From Spizellomyces punctatus DAOM BR117 (taxonomy: Eukaryota), in assembly GCA_000182565.2 (NCBI GenBank), contig KQ257463.1: DNA of 64,000 nt, one strand, 5' to 3'. The translations under genes were made by a program, and so were the position numbers. The notes below the pieces were generated by a model that searched no databases, was not told the DNA's origin, and worked only from the letters and a program-made list of their open reading frames with translations. Below are positions 9,750 through 22,700 of this stretch, piece after piece (position 1 is the stretch's first letter; every line of letters begins with the position of its first letter).

Positions 9750-11412
9750 TAATGCTCCATTTTCCAAATCTTGTAAGCATCTGTCTGTCGAATGTGGTGG
9801 AGAGGTTCCCAAGTGTTCTTGCTATGTGGGTATCCTTTCCATTTGATGAGGAATTGTGGTTTACCGAGTCATCGGCATTGGTCAATAATCTCCTTGACTT
9901 CATATTTGGGAATCCCTGCGATATGAACAGGAGGTGGTGGTACTACTACATTCCTATAGCGGTGAGATGCTGGGTCTTCATATTTCTTTAGGACACTAAC
10001 ATGGAAGATAGGATATAAGGCAGATAGGCGAGTATCCTGTAACTTGAGCTCGTAGGTGTTTGGATAAGGTCCTATTGCTTTGATTGTGTAGGGACCGATC
10101 CAGCTAGCAGCTAGCTGTGCTGGTTTTTGTAGACTAATGTCTACCTCAATCCCTTTGTGATTGAGTAGGACCTGGTCTCCTATGGTGAAGGTAATAGCTG
10201 TGCATCCTTTGTTATAGTGTCCAGCATATTCATCCTGTAGTTCCTTCATGCAGTGTTGAATGATTATGGCTATTTCATCCATCACTTTTTTGATGTCCTT
10301 AATCTCATTTTGGTCGATAGGTTTCATCATTTGGAGTTCTGTGGAAGTAATGACTCCATCTGCTTGTAAGGGCATTCACCTGATATCTGCCTTGAATGGT
10401 GTCAGTCCATGTTGATTTGGGGTGTTGTTCAATGCGAACTCAAGGAGAGGAAGATACTGTGGCCAATTATCTGCCGCATAGTTGAGGTACAGCTGATATA
10501 TAGACTTTACTGTCCATATCATCCGTTCACATTTGCCATCAGTTTGTTGGTGTCAGGCACTAGCAAATTGGTGTTTCATACCAAGGACTTTACAGAAGGC
10601 CTCAAAGAAATCAGAAAGGGCTTTCGGGTCATGGTCTGTAATAAAGATCCTGGATGCTCCTACATTCTTGTAGACTTGGGACAAATATGTCTGTGCAAGA
10701 TCCCAAGCATTGGAAGCTTGGAGTGTTGGTACGAGGATGGTCTGGTTAGTCAAGTAATCAATGAAACAAAGAATGGCATTGGGTCAGAATCCATGGGTGC
10801 TATTGCCTGGAGGCATATAAGTCATATCAAACCCGATCATATGCCATCGACTATTAGGGATAGGTAATGGTCACAAAAACCCGTGCTTTTGTAAAGGGTT
10901 CTTGTATTGTTGGCATTCAGGACAAGTCCAAATGTATGCATAGATGTCATGTTCGAGGTGAGGCCAATAGAATCTTCATAGAATTTTAGCTAATGTGCAT
11001 CATTGACCTTCATGCGAGCCATCTATTAGGCTGTTGTGATATTGCTGTAAGATTCTAGTATGCTGCATTTCTGGTACATATAGCGAGTCCTTCTCATAAG
11101 TTAGGAGGTCATTTTGTATTGCATAGCATCATAGCCTTGATCCTAAGGCATGGGCTGGTGTTGTCTTCAACGTTTTGATTATTGTAAGGGCATAATTGTC
11201 TTGGCTCAGTGCCTGAATCGATTCTTCGCAATTAAATGGCATTAGCATGGTCTCGGTGCTGGCAACTAATATGGCTTGCAACTGGATTCATTGTTGACAC
11301 TCTGCACATCGGGGTGCATAGTGTGGGTTCCACGAAGGAATGTCTGCAACATGGTTAACTTGTCCGGGCATGTATTCGATCGTCATGTCGAATTGTTGTA
11401 ATGTTTCAACCC
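9750..11412 (-). pseudogene. pol: Gypsy B integrase-chromodomain (outer copy)
   Basis: WIGPY, YPIFHVSVLKKY, YEVKEIID...FLIKWKGY...TWEP; many in-frame TGA stops. Confidence 0.85.
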
Positions 11413-11767
11413 TGTTAGCAATCACAGGTAGCAGACCTCTAAGCCACTGAACTGCTATGCCATGCAGGCATGTCTTCACTGCGCCATGCGCCACATGCGC
11501 CATGCATGTCGTTAGATTTCTCTTGCATCGCTAGTAGTATATTAAAGAATGACTTCTTAACATACAATAGACTTCTTAACATCTATACAAGAGTAGAGTT
11601 CACTCTGTTCCTACTCTCTATCACTAATACATTCCCTATAGGAATATACCCTCACTAGCTAACAGGTTATGAGCCCTGGAAGTAGAGTACCACTTCAAAG
11701 AACACCGCCTCTCACATGCAGCAAAATGCTGGCATGATGAGGCAGCGCTCAAGGAACTTCTACATGC

Positions 11768-14700
11768 ATGCAAGGCATACCATATTTGGACGAACCCTCC
11801 GAGCAGGACCTCCTAAATCAGTCTGTATATCATGACACACTCCCGGAGGACCCTGAAAACACAGACCCAGATGTTGGGTACAGCAGATACCTATTGGACC
11901 CTGTACGGGACCCTGGGGCGCACGTGCCCAAACAGGAAATGGACCAAATAAAGATGGAAATATGGCCAAGCACTCTGGCTGAGGGCACCAGTGAGAGAAG
12001 AATGGAATACTCTGCAGAATATCCTCCAAGTGGGACATATGCTGTGCGCCCGGAGGACATGGACTCGAGCAATTGAATAGATAGGCTTGAAGCACTTGTT
12101 GGACAGCTCATTCTCACTGTAAAAAGAGAAAACAGCAAAGAAGCTGTGAGGACTGAACCAACAGTGCAAACCCATTATGGAAAAGCACAGTATGCGGACG
12201 AGCAAAGGGCAAGACTGCATACACCTAGTGGGGGCATACCACACAGTGGGCCGCCAAACCCTCTCCTACAACCACCCAGCACTTACCACATAGCGATGTC
12301 AGTGAGGTCAAATTCACCCACAAGCTCAGTTTACATGTCAACATCAAGTACGGCAGACAAGCGCGGATGCAGAGCATTTGTGGATGGGATGCTAAAGGAT
12401 ATCGGGCAATATAATGGGGAACCAAATACTATGAAGCTCAATACATTTCTGGGCAGAGTAGACATGGTAATAAAGCACCAGATGGTTCCACCTGACATGG
12501 TTGTAGACTTTGTGAGCACCAAATTCATGGGATTAGCTCAACAATGGTGGACATCACTGTCACCAACAAGACAGGCAAGCTTTACTGCTTGGTATGATCA
12601 AGAGGATGGACACGGACGAACAATAACTGGGTTACGGTCTGCCTTGTATGTGCGCTTCATGCCACGAACACATATGCATGATACATTGAGATGGTTGAAA
12701 CAATTAAAGCCCAAGACAAACCAGTCCCAGAGCATGGATGAGTTTGTGGCATATTTCAACTCTCAGATATACTCACTACCATCTATGCCTGATTTTATTA
12801 AACAGGACTACTTCATTTCTGCCCTACCGGCAGAAGTAGCAGCACTGCTGCAATCCAATGAGGAAAACCTTACCTCTCTGGAAACCCTACAAGAAGCGGC
12901 AACCCGAATCTATCCAGTGATTCACAAGCATGCGAAACCCCAGGGAGGCAGTATGCACGCCGCCCCTGCACAGGTCACGCAAATGGACAATGCATCTGGA
13001 CAATCCACGACTTCCAAAAAGGGAAAGAAAGGAAAACAAAAGAAGCAAAATGAGGGCCACATCGAGAAGCAACCGAATTCAAACCAACACTCAAATCAAA
13101 ACTCGAATCAAAGTACACCTTGACCATGCAGATACTGCAATGCATCACATCCAAGGACTGTATGTCCCTTGATCCTCAAGCTGGTCCAGAAACAATCCAA
13201 CTGCTTGAGTGCAAGCCTAACAGAGGCTTGCCATGTGGAAATGGTACACGATGATGTGCCGTACAGTGCTCTTATCAATTCCGGCGCGACTGACCATATG
13301 ACACCCAATAGGGGTCATTTGGATCCCTCCACCATATATCAGGATGTGAGGAATGTCAGCTTAGCTGACAACACCATTTTAAAATCAACTGTACAAGGCA
13401 ATGTTATCATCAAAGCAGATGGATATTCGACTCCACTCGAATTGCGTGATGTCCTCCATGTTGATGGGCTGCAGAAAAACCTAATCTCCATCCCCAAATG
13501 TAATGAAAATGGTGTGGATGTAACCTTCCACAGTAGTGGAGAAGTTTCTCTCATGAAAAACAGGTGACAAATTGCAAGCGGCATATGATGGAACAATGCA
13601 TATTACCTGGAAGGAACCCTGAAACCCCAGGGCTTTCCAGATACAGAAGTCTGTGCAACAGAGGTATCACCTGCCCTTGCACATGCCAGACTCGGACACA
13701 TAGGACAACATGTCCTAGGAAAGATGGCATTGGCTATGCTCAGCTGGCCCATAGTGGGGGCTCACAGTCATAGGGACTGTGAGGCATGCATACTTGGAAA
13801 ATCATCCTGCACACCATTTCCACCAGCAAACAAAGAACCAAGAGAACTTTGTGAGCTAATTCACTCCAATCTACAAGGACCATTCTGAATTACAGGCCTG
13901 GATGGAGAATGCTACGCTCTCGTGTACATTGAGTACACCTCTAGGTATGGTGTCACTTACTGCATACCAAACAAGGAAGCAGAGACCATCCTCTCCAAAT
14001 TCAAGGAATTCAAGGCATGGCTCGAATGCACCACAGACAAGAAAATATGCACTGTTCATACAGACCGAGGAGGCGAATATCATGGCATATTCCACAAGTA
14101 CCTGATGGACTGTGGCATCCAGCATCAACAGACTACGGCATACTCCAGTCAACAGAACAGCATTGCTGAGCGCTGGAACCATACAAGCTTAGGGCGAGTA
14201 TGCGCCATCTTCGCAGACATGAAACTGCCATGGAAACTATGGGCCATCCTAATACAAATGGTGACCTACCTCCATGATCTCACTCCAAACTCTTTGAGTG
14301 ACAAAACCCCCCACGAGCTACTATTTCAATGCCGCCCCAACGTCACGCACCTCAGGCACATTGGCTGCATTGCGTATGCCCATGTCCCTGCTGCTGGCAG
14401 AGACAAGATGGCCAACAGAGCAAGGAAGACATACCTAGTGGGGTATGCCCAACAAAATGGCACCAAGGCCTACCTTGTTTGGGATCTGGTATGCAATGCT
14501 ATTGCGACCTCCAGGGACATCAAGTTTAACGAAGACGCCCCTCTTGAACTCAAATATCAGCAAGATCCTAGCACTATGGATCTGCTGGATGAGACCACTT
14601 CCGATGATGATCAGGAGTATCAAATTGACTACATCATGGACAAATGCCAGACTCGCGTGCACAAGCCTGAATACCTTGTGAAATGGACTGGTTATACAGA

Positions 14701-16390
14701 CCCTACCTGGGAACCCCGAGTCACTGTCGATGACACACAAGTGCTGGACACATGGGAAAACTGCATCCAAGCATATGCCATTGATGTGCATACAGGAAAA
14801 ATAAACCCTGAGTCCCTGACCTTTAAACAGGCAATGGCAACTCCAGATGCCAACGACTACCTGATAGCCTGCCAACAGGAAATTGAATCCCTGAAGGCAC
14901 ACGGCACGTACGTCACTGTACCGCATCCGCCCCATAAGCATGTGATCAGCACAAAGTGGGTTTGCCACAAAGTATTCAACCCTGATGGCACATTCAAGAA
15001 ATACAAAGCCAGAGCAGTATGCCAAGGCTTCACCCAAAGGCCAGGAATCGACTTTGATGATATGTATTCCCCAACCTTACCACTTCCAATCCTCCGCCTC
15101 TTCCTCATGTACATGGTCCAACATGGATTGGACATACACTCAATGGATTCCGTCACTGCTTTTCTCAACAGTGAAATGGACAAGGAAGTCTTCATTGAGC
15201 AATTTGAAGGCTTTGAACTACCTAACAAGCCAAGGAAAAGCTGGGTACTGATGCTGAAAAAGGCGCTCTATGGCCTGAAGCAGTCACCCCTCCTCTGGTA
15301 CCAAAACCTCAGAACTGCCCTGGAAGAACTCGGCTACTGCGTGGTGGAAATAAGCCCCTGCATGTTCTACAAGTACGCCGCGCCAGGGCACACCAACTCC
15401 GATGTTCAGCCATCCCTGTTGACGCTCGTAATCATAATGATCTTCGTGGATGATCTACTGATCCTAACCAAGGATCCTGAACAAATGAATGAGTCAAAGA
15501 AGGAGCTTCATAGTAAGTTTTCCTTTATGGACCAAGGTCACATAACCAACCATCTAGGACTGGCATATGAGTATGACATCTCCGCAGACATAAGGACCCT
15601 CAAGTTCTCCAACCCGATGTATATTGACAACCTGCTTGACCATTTCAAATTAATGAACTGCCATGCAATTGCCACACCATATGCCATGTCCGTGCGCAGT
15701 CAACAGATGCAAGAATCAGCACCTTTCCCTAACCCCAAGATATACCAAGAAGCAGTGGGGGCCCTTACTTGGGCTTCTATCTCATGGCAATGGGACATTG
15801 CCACTGCGGTCGGATATGTTGCGCGCAACGTCAGCACACCTACCCAATGTGATTGGGAGGCAGTCAAGCATATCTTCAAATATCTGAAAGGAACAAGGGA
15901 CTTTGCCATTACCTACACATCCCTGGAGAAAGATCCCTGCGGTCTCAGGGTGTATACAGATGCGGACTATGCAGGCGACCTCTCGGATTGCAAATCTATG
16001 TCCGGCTTGCTAGCTACCTGGAATGGCTACCCCATCCATTGGAAAAGTAGCAAGCAAACCTGTGTTGCCCATAGCACCACAGAAGCAGAGTACATCACAG
16101 CAAGTGTGGGATTCAGAGAGATCCTCTGGATACACCAAATCCTCGCGGACATGTTTAAGCCCATTGCTGGCTTCCAGCTCGTGCCCACCCCTCTCCATAT
16201 TGACAATGAGAGTGCTGCCACTTTAGCCCAAACCAAGGCCATAAACCAATGCATGAAACATATTGATAGGCATTACCATGGTATATGCAGAGGTGTCACA
16301 GATAAACAAATCGTGATTCTGGACATGGATACAAAGGAGCAGATGGCTGATTACTTCACCAAGCCATTAACCCAGGAGGATCATAATTGA
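11768..16390 (+). pseudogene. gag-pol: Copia C Gag-PR-IN-chromodomain-RT-RNase H polyprotein, apparently one frame interrupted by stops
   Basis: ORFs 11768, 12146, 13169 and 13922 share one frame; CRYCNASH...C knuckle, INSGATDHM, HTDRGGEY, YLVKWTGY...TWEP, YKARAVCQG, LYGLKQS, FVDD, YTDADYAG, ADYFTK. Confidence 0.9.
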
Positions 16391-16524
16391 CTGAGACTGT
16401 GAATCATGGATGGCCTGGATAATATTCAAATGCATGCATGACCCGCGTATGTGGAGGCAAACTCAGTGGAAGCTGAAATGCACGGGGATTGTGAAACACG
16501 ACAACTGAATATGATTGATATAAA

Positions 16525-17553
16525 TTATACAGAAATACCAGCACCACCCAAACCACCAAATCCACCTGCGCCGCCCACACCACCAAATCCACCAAAAGGG
16601 CCAAACAGATCATCCCAACTGTCCAAATCCTCGCTGTCCTTCCCCTCACTCTCCCCCTCTTCCTCCTCCTCTTCCTCACCCTCCCTCACCATCTCTGCAA
16701 ACTCCTCCCCCTCATCAGTCACCACCTCCTCCAAGAGCTTGGTGAGCTTCGCAATCTCGTCGCGCACCACGCCCGCAGCCTTTTTCTTCACATGCCGGGC
16801 TTTCTCCTTCTGGAACTCAGTAGGAGGGAAGGCTGGGGCCCTTCCACTCCTCCAAGCCCTATTCAGAGAAAGGTCTTGGAGACCACGGTACTTCCCCAGA
16901 GCTTCCAGATGCATGGGACTGTGTACGGGCAAGGATCGCGTAACCTCCTGTTCAGTCTTTGCCAAAGACAACTGCCTCTGCAACACCTCTTCCCTATCCT
17001 TCCGGTGTTGCAAGAAGGCACAGCGGCGCGCTGCCTCTATGAACTCATCCTTGAGTGCGCTAAGCTTGCATGCAGGCTCTGGGACTTTTCCCACTGCTTT
17101 TGCCACTTTTCTCTTGGCTGTTAACACCACAGCCTCAAAAACCCCTCTCCTGGGTCTCTCCTCTTCCTTAGGAGTCTTGCCTTGTCTGCCCTCTGGTCGT
17201 GCACCCGCCTCTGCCCTCAGTGACACCACCCCACTCACCGCTCCCTCTACCAAAGGAGCCGGCCCCTGCCACCACTTCTTGCCAAATCCAGGAAACAAAG
17301 GGCCACCAGGGGATGCCGCACTACTCTCCGCCGAGAGCTCGCGCAGCTGTTGGGAAAGGCCCTTTCCCCAAGACTTCTCGCTGGGAAGCTCGAACTTCCC
17401 CTTTTCCTTGCCCTTCTTAGATGAAGGGACCAGCAGGACATCAGGCGTGGTCTCCTGCTCCGCAGACCACTCGCGGATTAGCTCGGCCAATGTCTTTGCA
17501 TGGGGTGGCTCTCCCTTGGCCTTGCCTTTGCCTTTATCTTCCTTTGGTGCCAT
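16525..17553 (-). CDS. Extra antisense ORF of copia C, 342 aa, unknown function
   Basis: Open ATG-to-stop frame between pol and the 3' LTR; basic N-terminus, coiled-coil-like middle, acidic and Gly/Phe-rich tail. Confidence 0.7.
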   Translation of the reverse strand: MAPKEDKGKGKAKGEPPHAKTLAELIREWSAEQETTPDVLLVPSSKKGKEKGKFELPSEKSWGKGLSQQLRELSAESSAASPGGPLFPGFGKKWWQGPAPLVEGAVSGVVSLRAEAGARPEGRQGKTPKEEERPRRGVFEAVVLTAKRKVAKAVGKVPEPACKLSALKDEFIEAARRCAFLQHRKDREEVLQRQLSLAKTEQEVTRSLPVHSPMHLEALGKYRGLQDLSLNRAWRSGRAPAFPPTEFQKEKARHVKKKAAGVVRDEIAKLTKLLEEVVTDEGEEFAEMVREGEEEEEEEGESEGKDSEDLDSWDDLFGPFGGFGGVGGAGGFGGLGGAGISV

Positions 17554-19764
17554 AATACAAAAAAAAAAAAAGAGCTGGAAACACCGTTAGCAGCTAGCCA
17601 AATGAGCTCTGCAAGTCTGCAATGATGTCACGGCAGGTCTTACAGTTGATAGAAGTATGTGTGAAAGTGTAGAAAGTCGGTGGGCAATGGGTTCTTGTCT
17701 TGTAAAGAAAATAGCGGTTCAGACTTTTGACAGGTCTGAGTGGGGGTGTTAGCGATCACAGGTAGCAGACCTCTAAGCCACTTAACCGCTACGCCACGCA
17801 GGCGCATCTTCACTGCGCCACGCGCCACATGTGCCACACACGTCATTAGATTTCTCTTGCATCACTAGTAGTATATTAAAGAATGACTTCTTAACATACA
17901 ATAGACTTCTTAACATCTATACAAGAGTAGAGTTCACTCTGTTCCTACTCTCTATCACTAATACATTCCCTATAGGAATATACCCTCACTAGCTAACAAA
18001 CCCATCCTGCTTGTCATCAGGAAAGGTGTGGCTGCGTTTGAAGGTAGATCAGACTTTTATGGCCAGTGAAGGCACAGAAGAAGATACCAATCAGATATGG
18101 GTGGTTATGTTTCAAGAACTTGACTAGGGCTAAAAGTTCCTGTTTGTGAACTGGATACCACATCTCGGCGGGTTTCATCTTATGGGAGTAAAATGAGACT
18201 GGTCATAGACAGGGTAGTGCTTTAAGTTCTTGGATGGTTTTCGGCAGCAGAGATGGTATCTCATCTTCTGGGTCTGTAGTCTGGGCTAGCCATCCGCTGA
18301 TCGCAAATCCTGATGAATCAGTGAAGATGAAAGTGTCTTTGGTTGGGTCAAAGGTCACCAGGATGGGTGCAGTTGTAACGTCAATCGACCAGATTGCTCT
18401 AGTCGATGTTTTCTGGTGAATCATTGGGCCCTGTGAGAGGGCTGTATAAAGACTTTGTTGTTAATACAAGAGAAAGGGAACTATTGATAGTTCCTCACAT
18501 TGCTAACTAGGCTAGTTGTTCTTCTAGTTTTTCCTTGCTTGCTGCCCCCCTTTCTGAGGGGCTTTGGAGCAGCACTCTTTTATGCTTGCTCCCTCCTTCA
18601 GTGGGGCATCGGCATGAGATTTCCCACCTCTGCCAGTGTGGTCCCTCTTGTGCCAATTGGAAGTGATTGGCACTAGCAAATAAAGAGACAAATAATCTTC
18701 TAACTACGGGGCCACCATGGAACCGAATGACTTTGACAGGTCATCGGCGTGGCGGGGCTTACATAATCTAACTACTGTTACATGCTGCACCATACTTTGG
18801 CCATACATGGCTACATGATCACTATAGCTATATATGGTGATATGAGAGACGTGTCACGAAAATCTAAGTCCGCACGTTAAGTGTGAATACTAAAGGACAG
18901 GTCTACCTTACAATTGTTTGGGGGCTGACCCCTGGAGCAGCTTCACCCGGTGCTCACGGGGACCATTTGCTGAGTCATCACTCCATTTCTGGCCCTTTTA
19001 TACTTTATACAATTTGGGGGCTGACCCCTGGAGCAGCTTCACCCGGTGCCCACGGGCACCATTTGCTGAGTCGTCACTCCTTCTGGTCATGTATATACTT
19101 TATACAAAAATGTGCTTATTGCTATCTTAGTGCTAGACAAGCCTTTTTACTCTTGTTGCATCATCTACATACTAAAGCCCTACTGAATATACACGCGTAC
19201 TTGGAAGCCTCTTTTTACTTACAAAGAACCAGTTGCTTTGTTCTTTTAAATGGGAGCGTATTTCGCTTTCCCCTCTATCATTCTTACTACCCACTGTTGA
19301 TAACATCTTTCTTCAAAGAATGTCTTTTCTCCACATGGACATCACAATGTGGCTTGGTCCACACTTGAGACTGACTGCACGCATAAGCTCTGCATGATTT
19401 ACGCAGGCACCTTGCTTATCACGTCATGGGAATGGTTATGGAGGTGGTGACCCAGTGGGTCATTGCCTCCATGGTCCCATGCATAGCATTTTGCATGCTC
19501 GGGTAAGTCATTGTTCATTGTCGATTTCTTTTGTCTTTCATGTTGTTAATCGGAGTGGACTGGATTTAGATTTTTGACCAGTCAGGGGCTTGAGAGTATT
19601 TTCAAGCCCAGTCGTTCTCAACAAACCCCTGAAAAACATATTGTTTTTGTTCCATTTTGGGCTGTTGGGACCTTGCGCTTGGGGTTTGTGGTTGGTGTGG
19701 GTCTGTTGGGTATGCTTGTATACTTGTAATAGATGTCATCTTCGTAAATATATGTTTCACATTC

Positions 19765-22700
19765 TTAATGCTCCATTTTCCAAATCTTGTAAGCATCTGT
19801 CTGTCGAATGTGGTGGAGAGGTTCCCAAGTGTTCTTGCTATGCAGGTATCCTTTCCATTTGATGAGGAATTGTGGTTTACCGAGTCGTCGGCATTGGTCA
19901 ATAATCTCCTCAACTTCATATTCGGGAATCCCTGTGATATGAACAGGAGGTGGTGGTACTACTATGTTCCTATAGCGGTGAGATGCCAGGTCTTTGTATT
20001 TCTTTAGGACACTAATGTGGAAGATAGGATATAAGGCGGATAAGCGAGTATCCTGTAACTTGAGCTCGTAGGTGTCCGGATAAGGTCCTATTGCTTTGAT
20101 TGTGTAGGGACTGATCCAGCTAGCAGCTAGCTTTGCTGGTTTTTGTAGACTAATGTCTACCTCAATCCCTTTGTGATTGAGTAGGACCCAGTCTCCTATG
20201 GCAAAGGTAATAGCTGTGCATCCTTTGTCATAGTGTTCAGCATATTTATCCTGTAGTTCCTTCATGCGGTGTTGAATGATTACGGCTATTTTGTCCATTG
20301 CTTTTTTGATGTCCTTGATCTCATTTCGGTTGATAGGTTTCATCGTTTGGAGTTCTGTGGAAGTAATGACTCCATCCGCTTGTAAGGGCATTCACCCAAT
20401 ATCTGCCTCAAATGGTGTTAGTCCATGTTGATTCGGGGTGTTGTTCAATGTGAATTCGAGGAGAGGAAGATACTGTGGCCAATTGTCTGCCACATAGTTG
20501 AGGTACGGCCGATATATGGACTTTACTGTCCATATCATCCATTCGCATTTGCCATCAGTTTGTTGGTGTCGGGCACTAGCGAATTGGTGTTTCATACCAA
20601 GGACTTTACAGAAGGCCTCAAAGAAATTGGAAAGGGCTTTTGGGTCATGGTCAGTAATAAAGATCCTGGATGCTCCTACATTCTTGTAGACTTGGGACAA
20701 ATATGTCTGCACAAGATTGCGAGCATTGGAAGCTTGGAGTGTTGGTATGAGGATGGTCCGGTTAGTCAAGTAATCGACGAAACAAAGAATGGCGTTGGGT
20801 CGGAATCCATGGGTGCTATTGCCCGGAGGCATATAAGTCATATCGAACCTGATCGTATGCCATCGACTATTAGGGCTTGGTAATGGTCGCAAAAACCCAT
20901 GCTTCCATAAAGGGTTCTTGTATTGTTGGCTTTCAGGACAAGTCCGAATATATGCGTAGATGTCACGTTCAAGGTGAGGCCAGTAGAATCTTCGTAGAAT
21001 TTTAGCTAATGTGCATCGTTGACCTTCATGCGAGCCATCTATTAGGCTATCATGATATTGCTGTAAGATTCTAGTACACTGCTTTTCTGGTATGTATAGC
21101 TGGTCCTTCTCGTAAGTTAGGAGGTCATTTTGTATTGCGTAGCATTGTAGCCTTGATCCTAAGGCATGGGCTGGTGTTGTCTTCAATGTCTCGATTATTG
21201 TGAGGGTGTAATTGTCTTGGTTCAGTGCCTGAATCCATTCTTCGCAACTAAATGGCATTAGCATGGTCTCAGTGCTGGCGACTAATATGGCTTGCAACTG
21301 GATTCATTGTTGACACTCTGCACATCAGGGTGCATAGTGTGGGTTCCACAAATGAATGTCTGCAACATGGTTAACTTGTCCGGGCATGTATTCGATTGTC
21401 ATGTCGAATTGTTGTAATGTTTCAACCCATCCTGCTTGTTTTTGGGAAAGATGCGGCTGCATCTGGAGGTAGATCAGACTCTTATGGTCAGTGAAGGCAC
21501 GGAAGAAGATACCAATCAGATATGGGTGGTTATGTTTCAAGAACTTGACTAGGGCTAAAAGTTCCTGTTCATGAACTGGATACCATGTCTCGGCGGGTTT
21601 CATCTTATGGGAGTAAAATGAGACTGGTCATAGATGGGGTAGCGCTTTAAGTTCTCCGATGGTCTTCGGCAGCAGAGATGGTATCTCATCTTCCAGGTCT
21701 GTGGTCTGGGCTAGCCATCCACTGATCACAAATCCTGATGAATCAGTGAAGATGAAAGTGTCTTTGGTTGGGTCAAAGGTCATCAGGATGGGTGCAGTGG
21801 TAATAGCATTTTTGATCTTTTCGAATGCCGCTTTTTCTTCTTCTTTCCATTGCCATGTTTTCTTTCCAGATTGTAGTTGCGAGAGGGGCATCACGATTTC
21901 TGCATATCGGTCGATGAAGTCAATGAAGTAATTAGTTAATCCTAAGAATCATTGGACATCATGATGGTTTCACAACTCTGGCCAGTCTTGAACAGCTAGG
22001 ATCTTGCTGGGAGCAATCTGTATTCCGTTTCGTCCGATAATATGTCTGCAGAACTCGACCTCAGGTTGTCCCCACATGCACTTGGCTGGGTTCACATAGA
22101 GTTTGTGTTCAGTTAAGACTCGAAGCACAATATCTACATGCTTCTGGTGTTCCTCCATTGTCCTGGAGAATACCAGGATGTTGTCAAGGTAGGCGAGGAC
22201 TAGGTCATCATAATGTGGGCCAAGGATCTTGTTGATGAGGCGCTGAAATGCAGCTGGAGCGTTAGTTAATCCAAAAGGCATTACCAGATACTCAAAGTGT
22301 CCGAATCATGTATGAATGGCAGTCTTTTGCACATCGTGTGGGTTTATTCTGATGCGATGGTAAGTGTCTTTGATGTCAATACTCGTGAAGCACTTTGCAC
22401 CGGCTACCCAATCTCGCATCTCCTGTAGATTTGGTAGCGGGGTCCGGTCCTTTTTGGTTATGGCATTTAGTCCTCGATAGTCTAAACATACTCATAATCC
22501 CCCATCCTTCTTCTTGGCAAACACTATCTGGGCTCCCCAGGGGCTAGTGGAGTGTCGTATTTGTCCTTTCGCTAGGAGGTTGTTGAGCTGTTGGCGAAGC
22601 TCCTCTAACTCATTGGTACTCATATGTTGTAAGGGGTATGTGAGTGGTTTAGCTCCAGGAAGGAGTTCAATGCTAAAATTGTCTTCCCCTCGGTCTGGGG

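Larger units (their letters stand above)
11413..17998 (+). mobile_element. Ty1/copia-type element C with gypsy-like Gag, chromodomain and antisense ORF
   Basis: 252-bp LTRs 11413-11664 and 17747-17998 (TG...CA), TSD AACCC, PBS GGTTATGAGCCC 11665-11676, PPT GAGTGGGGG. Confidence 0.93.

Noticed and set aside
11408..11412. TSD AACCC matching part of the telomere repeat, suggesting telomere targeting
   Set aside because: Native gypsy B coding sequence (also at ~21424); a single 5-mer is expected by chance
16451..17590. 379-aa plus-strand Ser/Pro-rich ORF as an env-like gene
   Set aside because: No ATG start and low complexity; it mirrors the minus-strand ORF, which has the better start and composition
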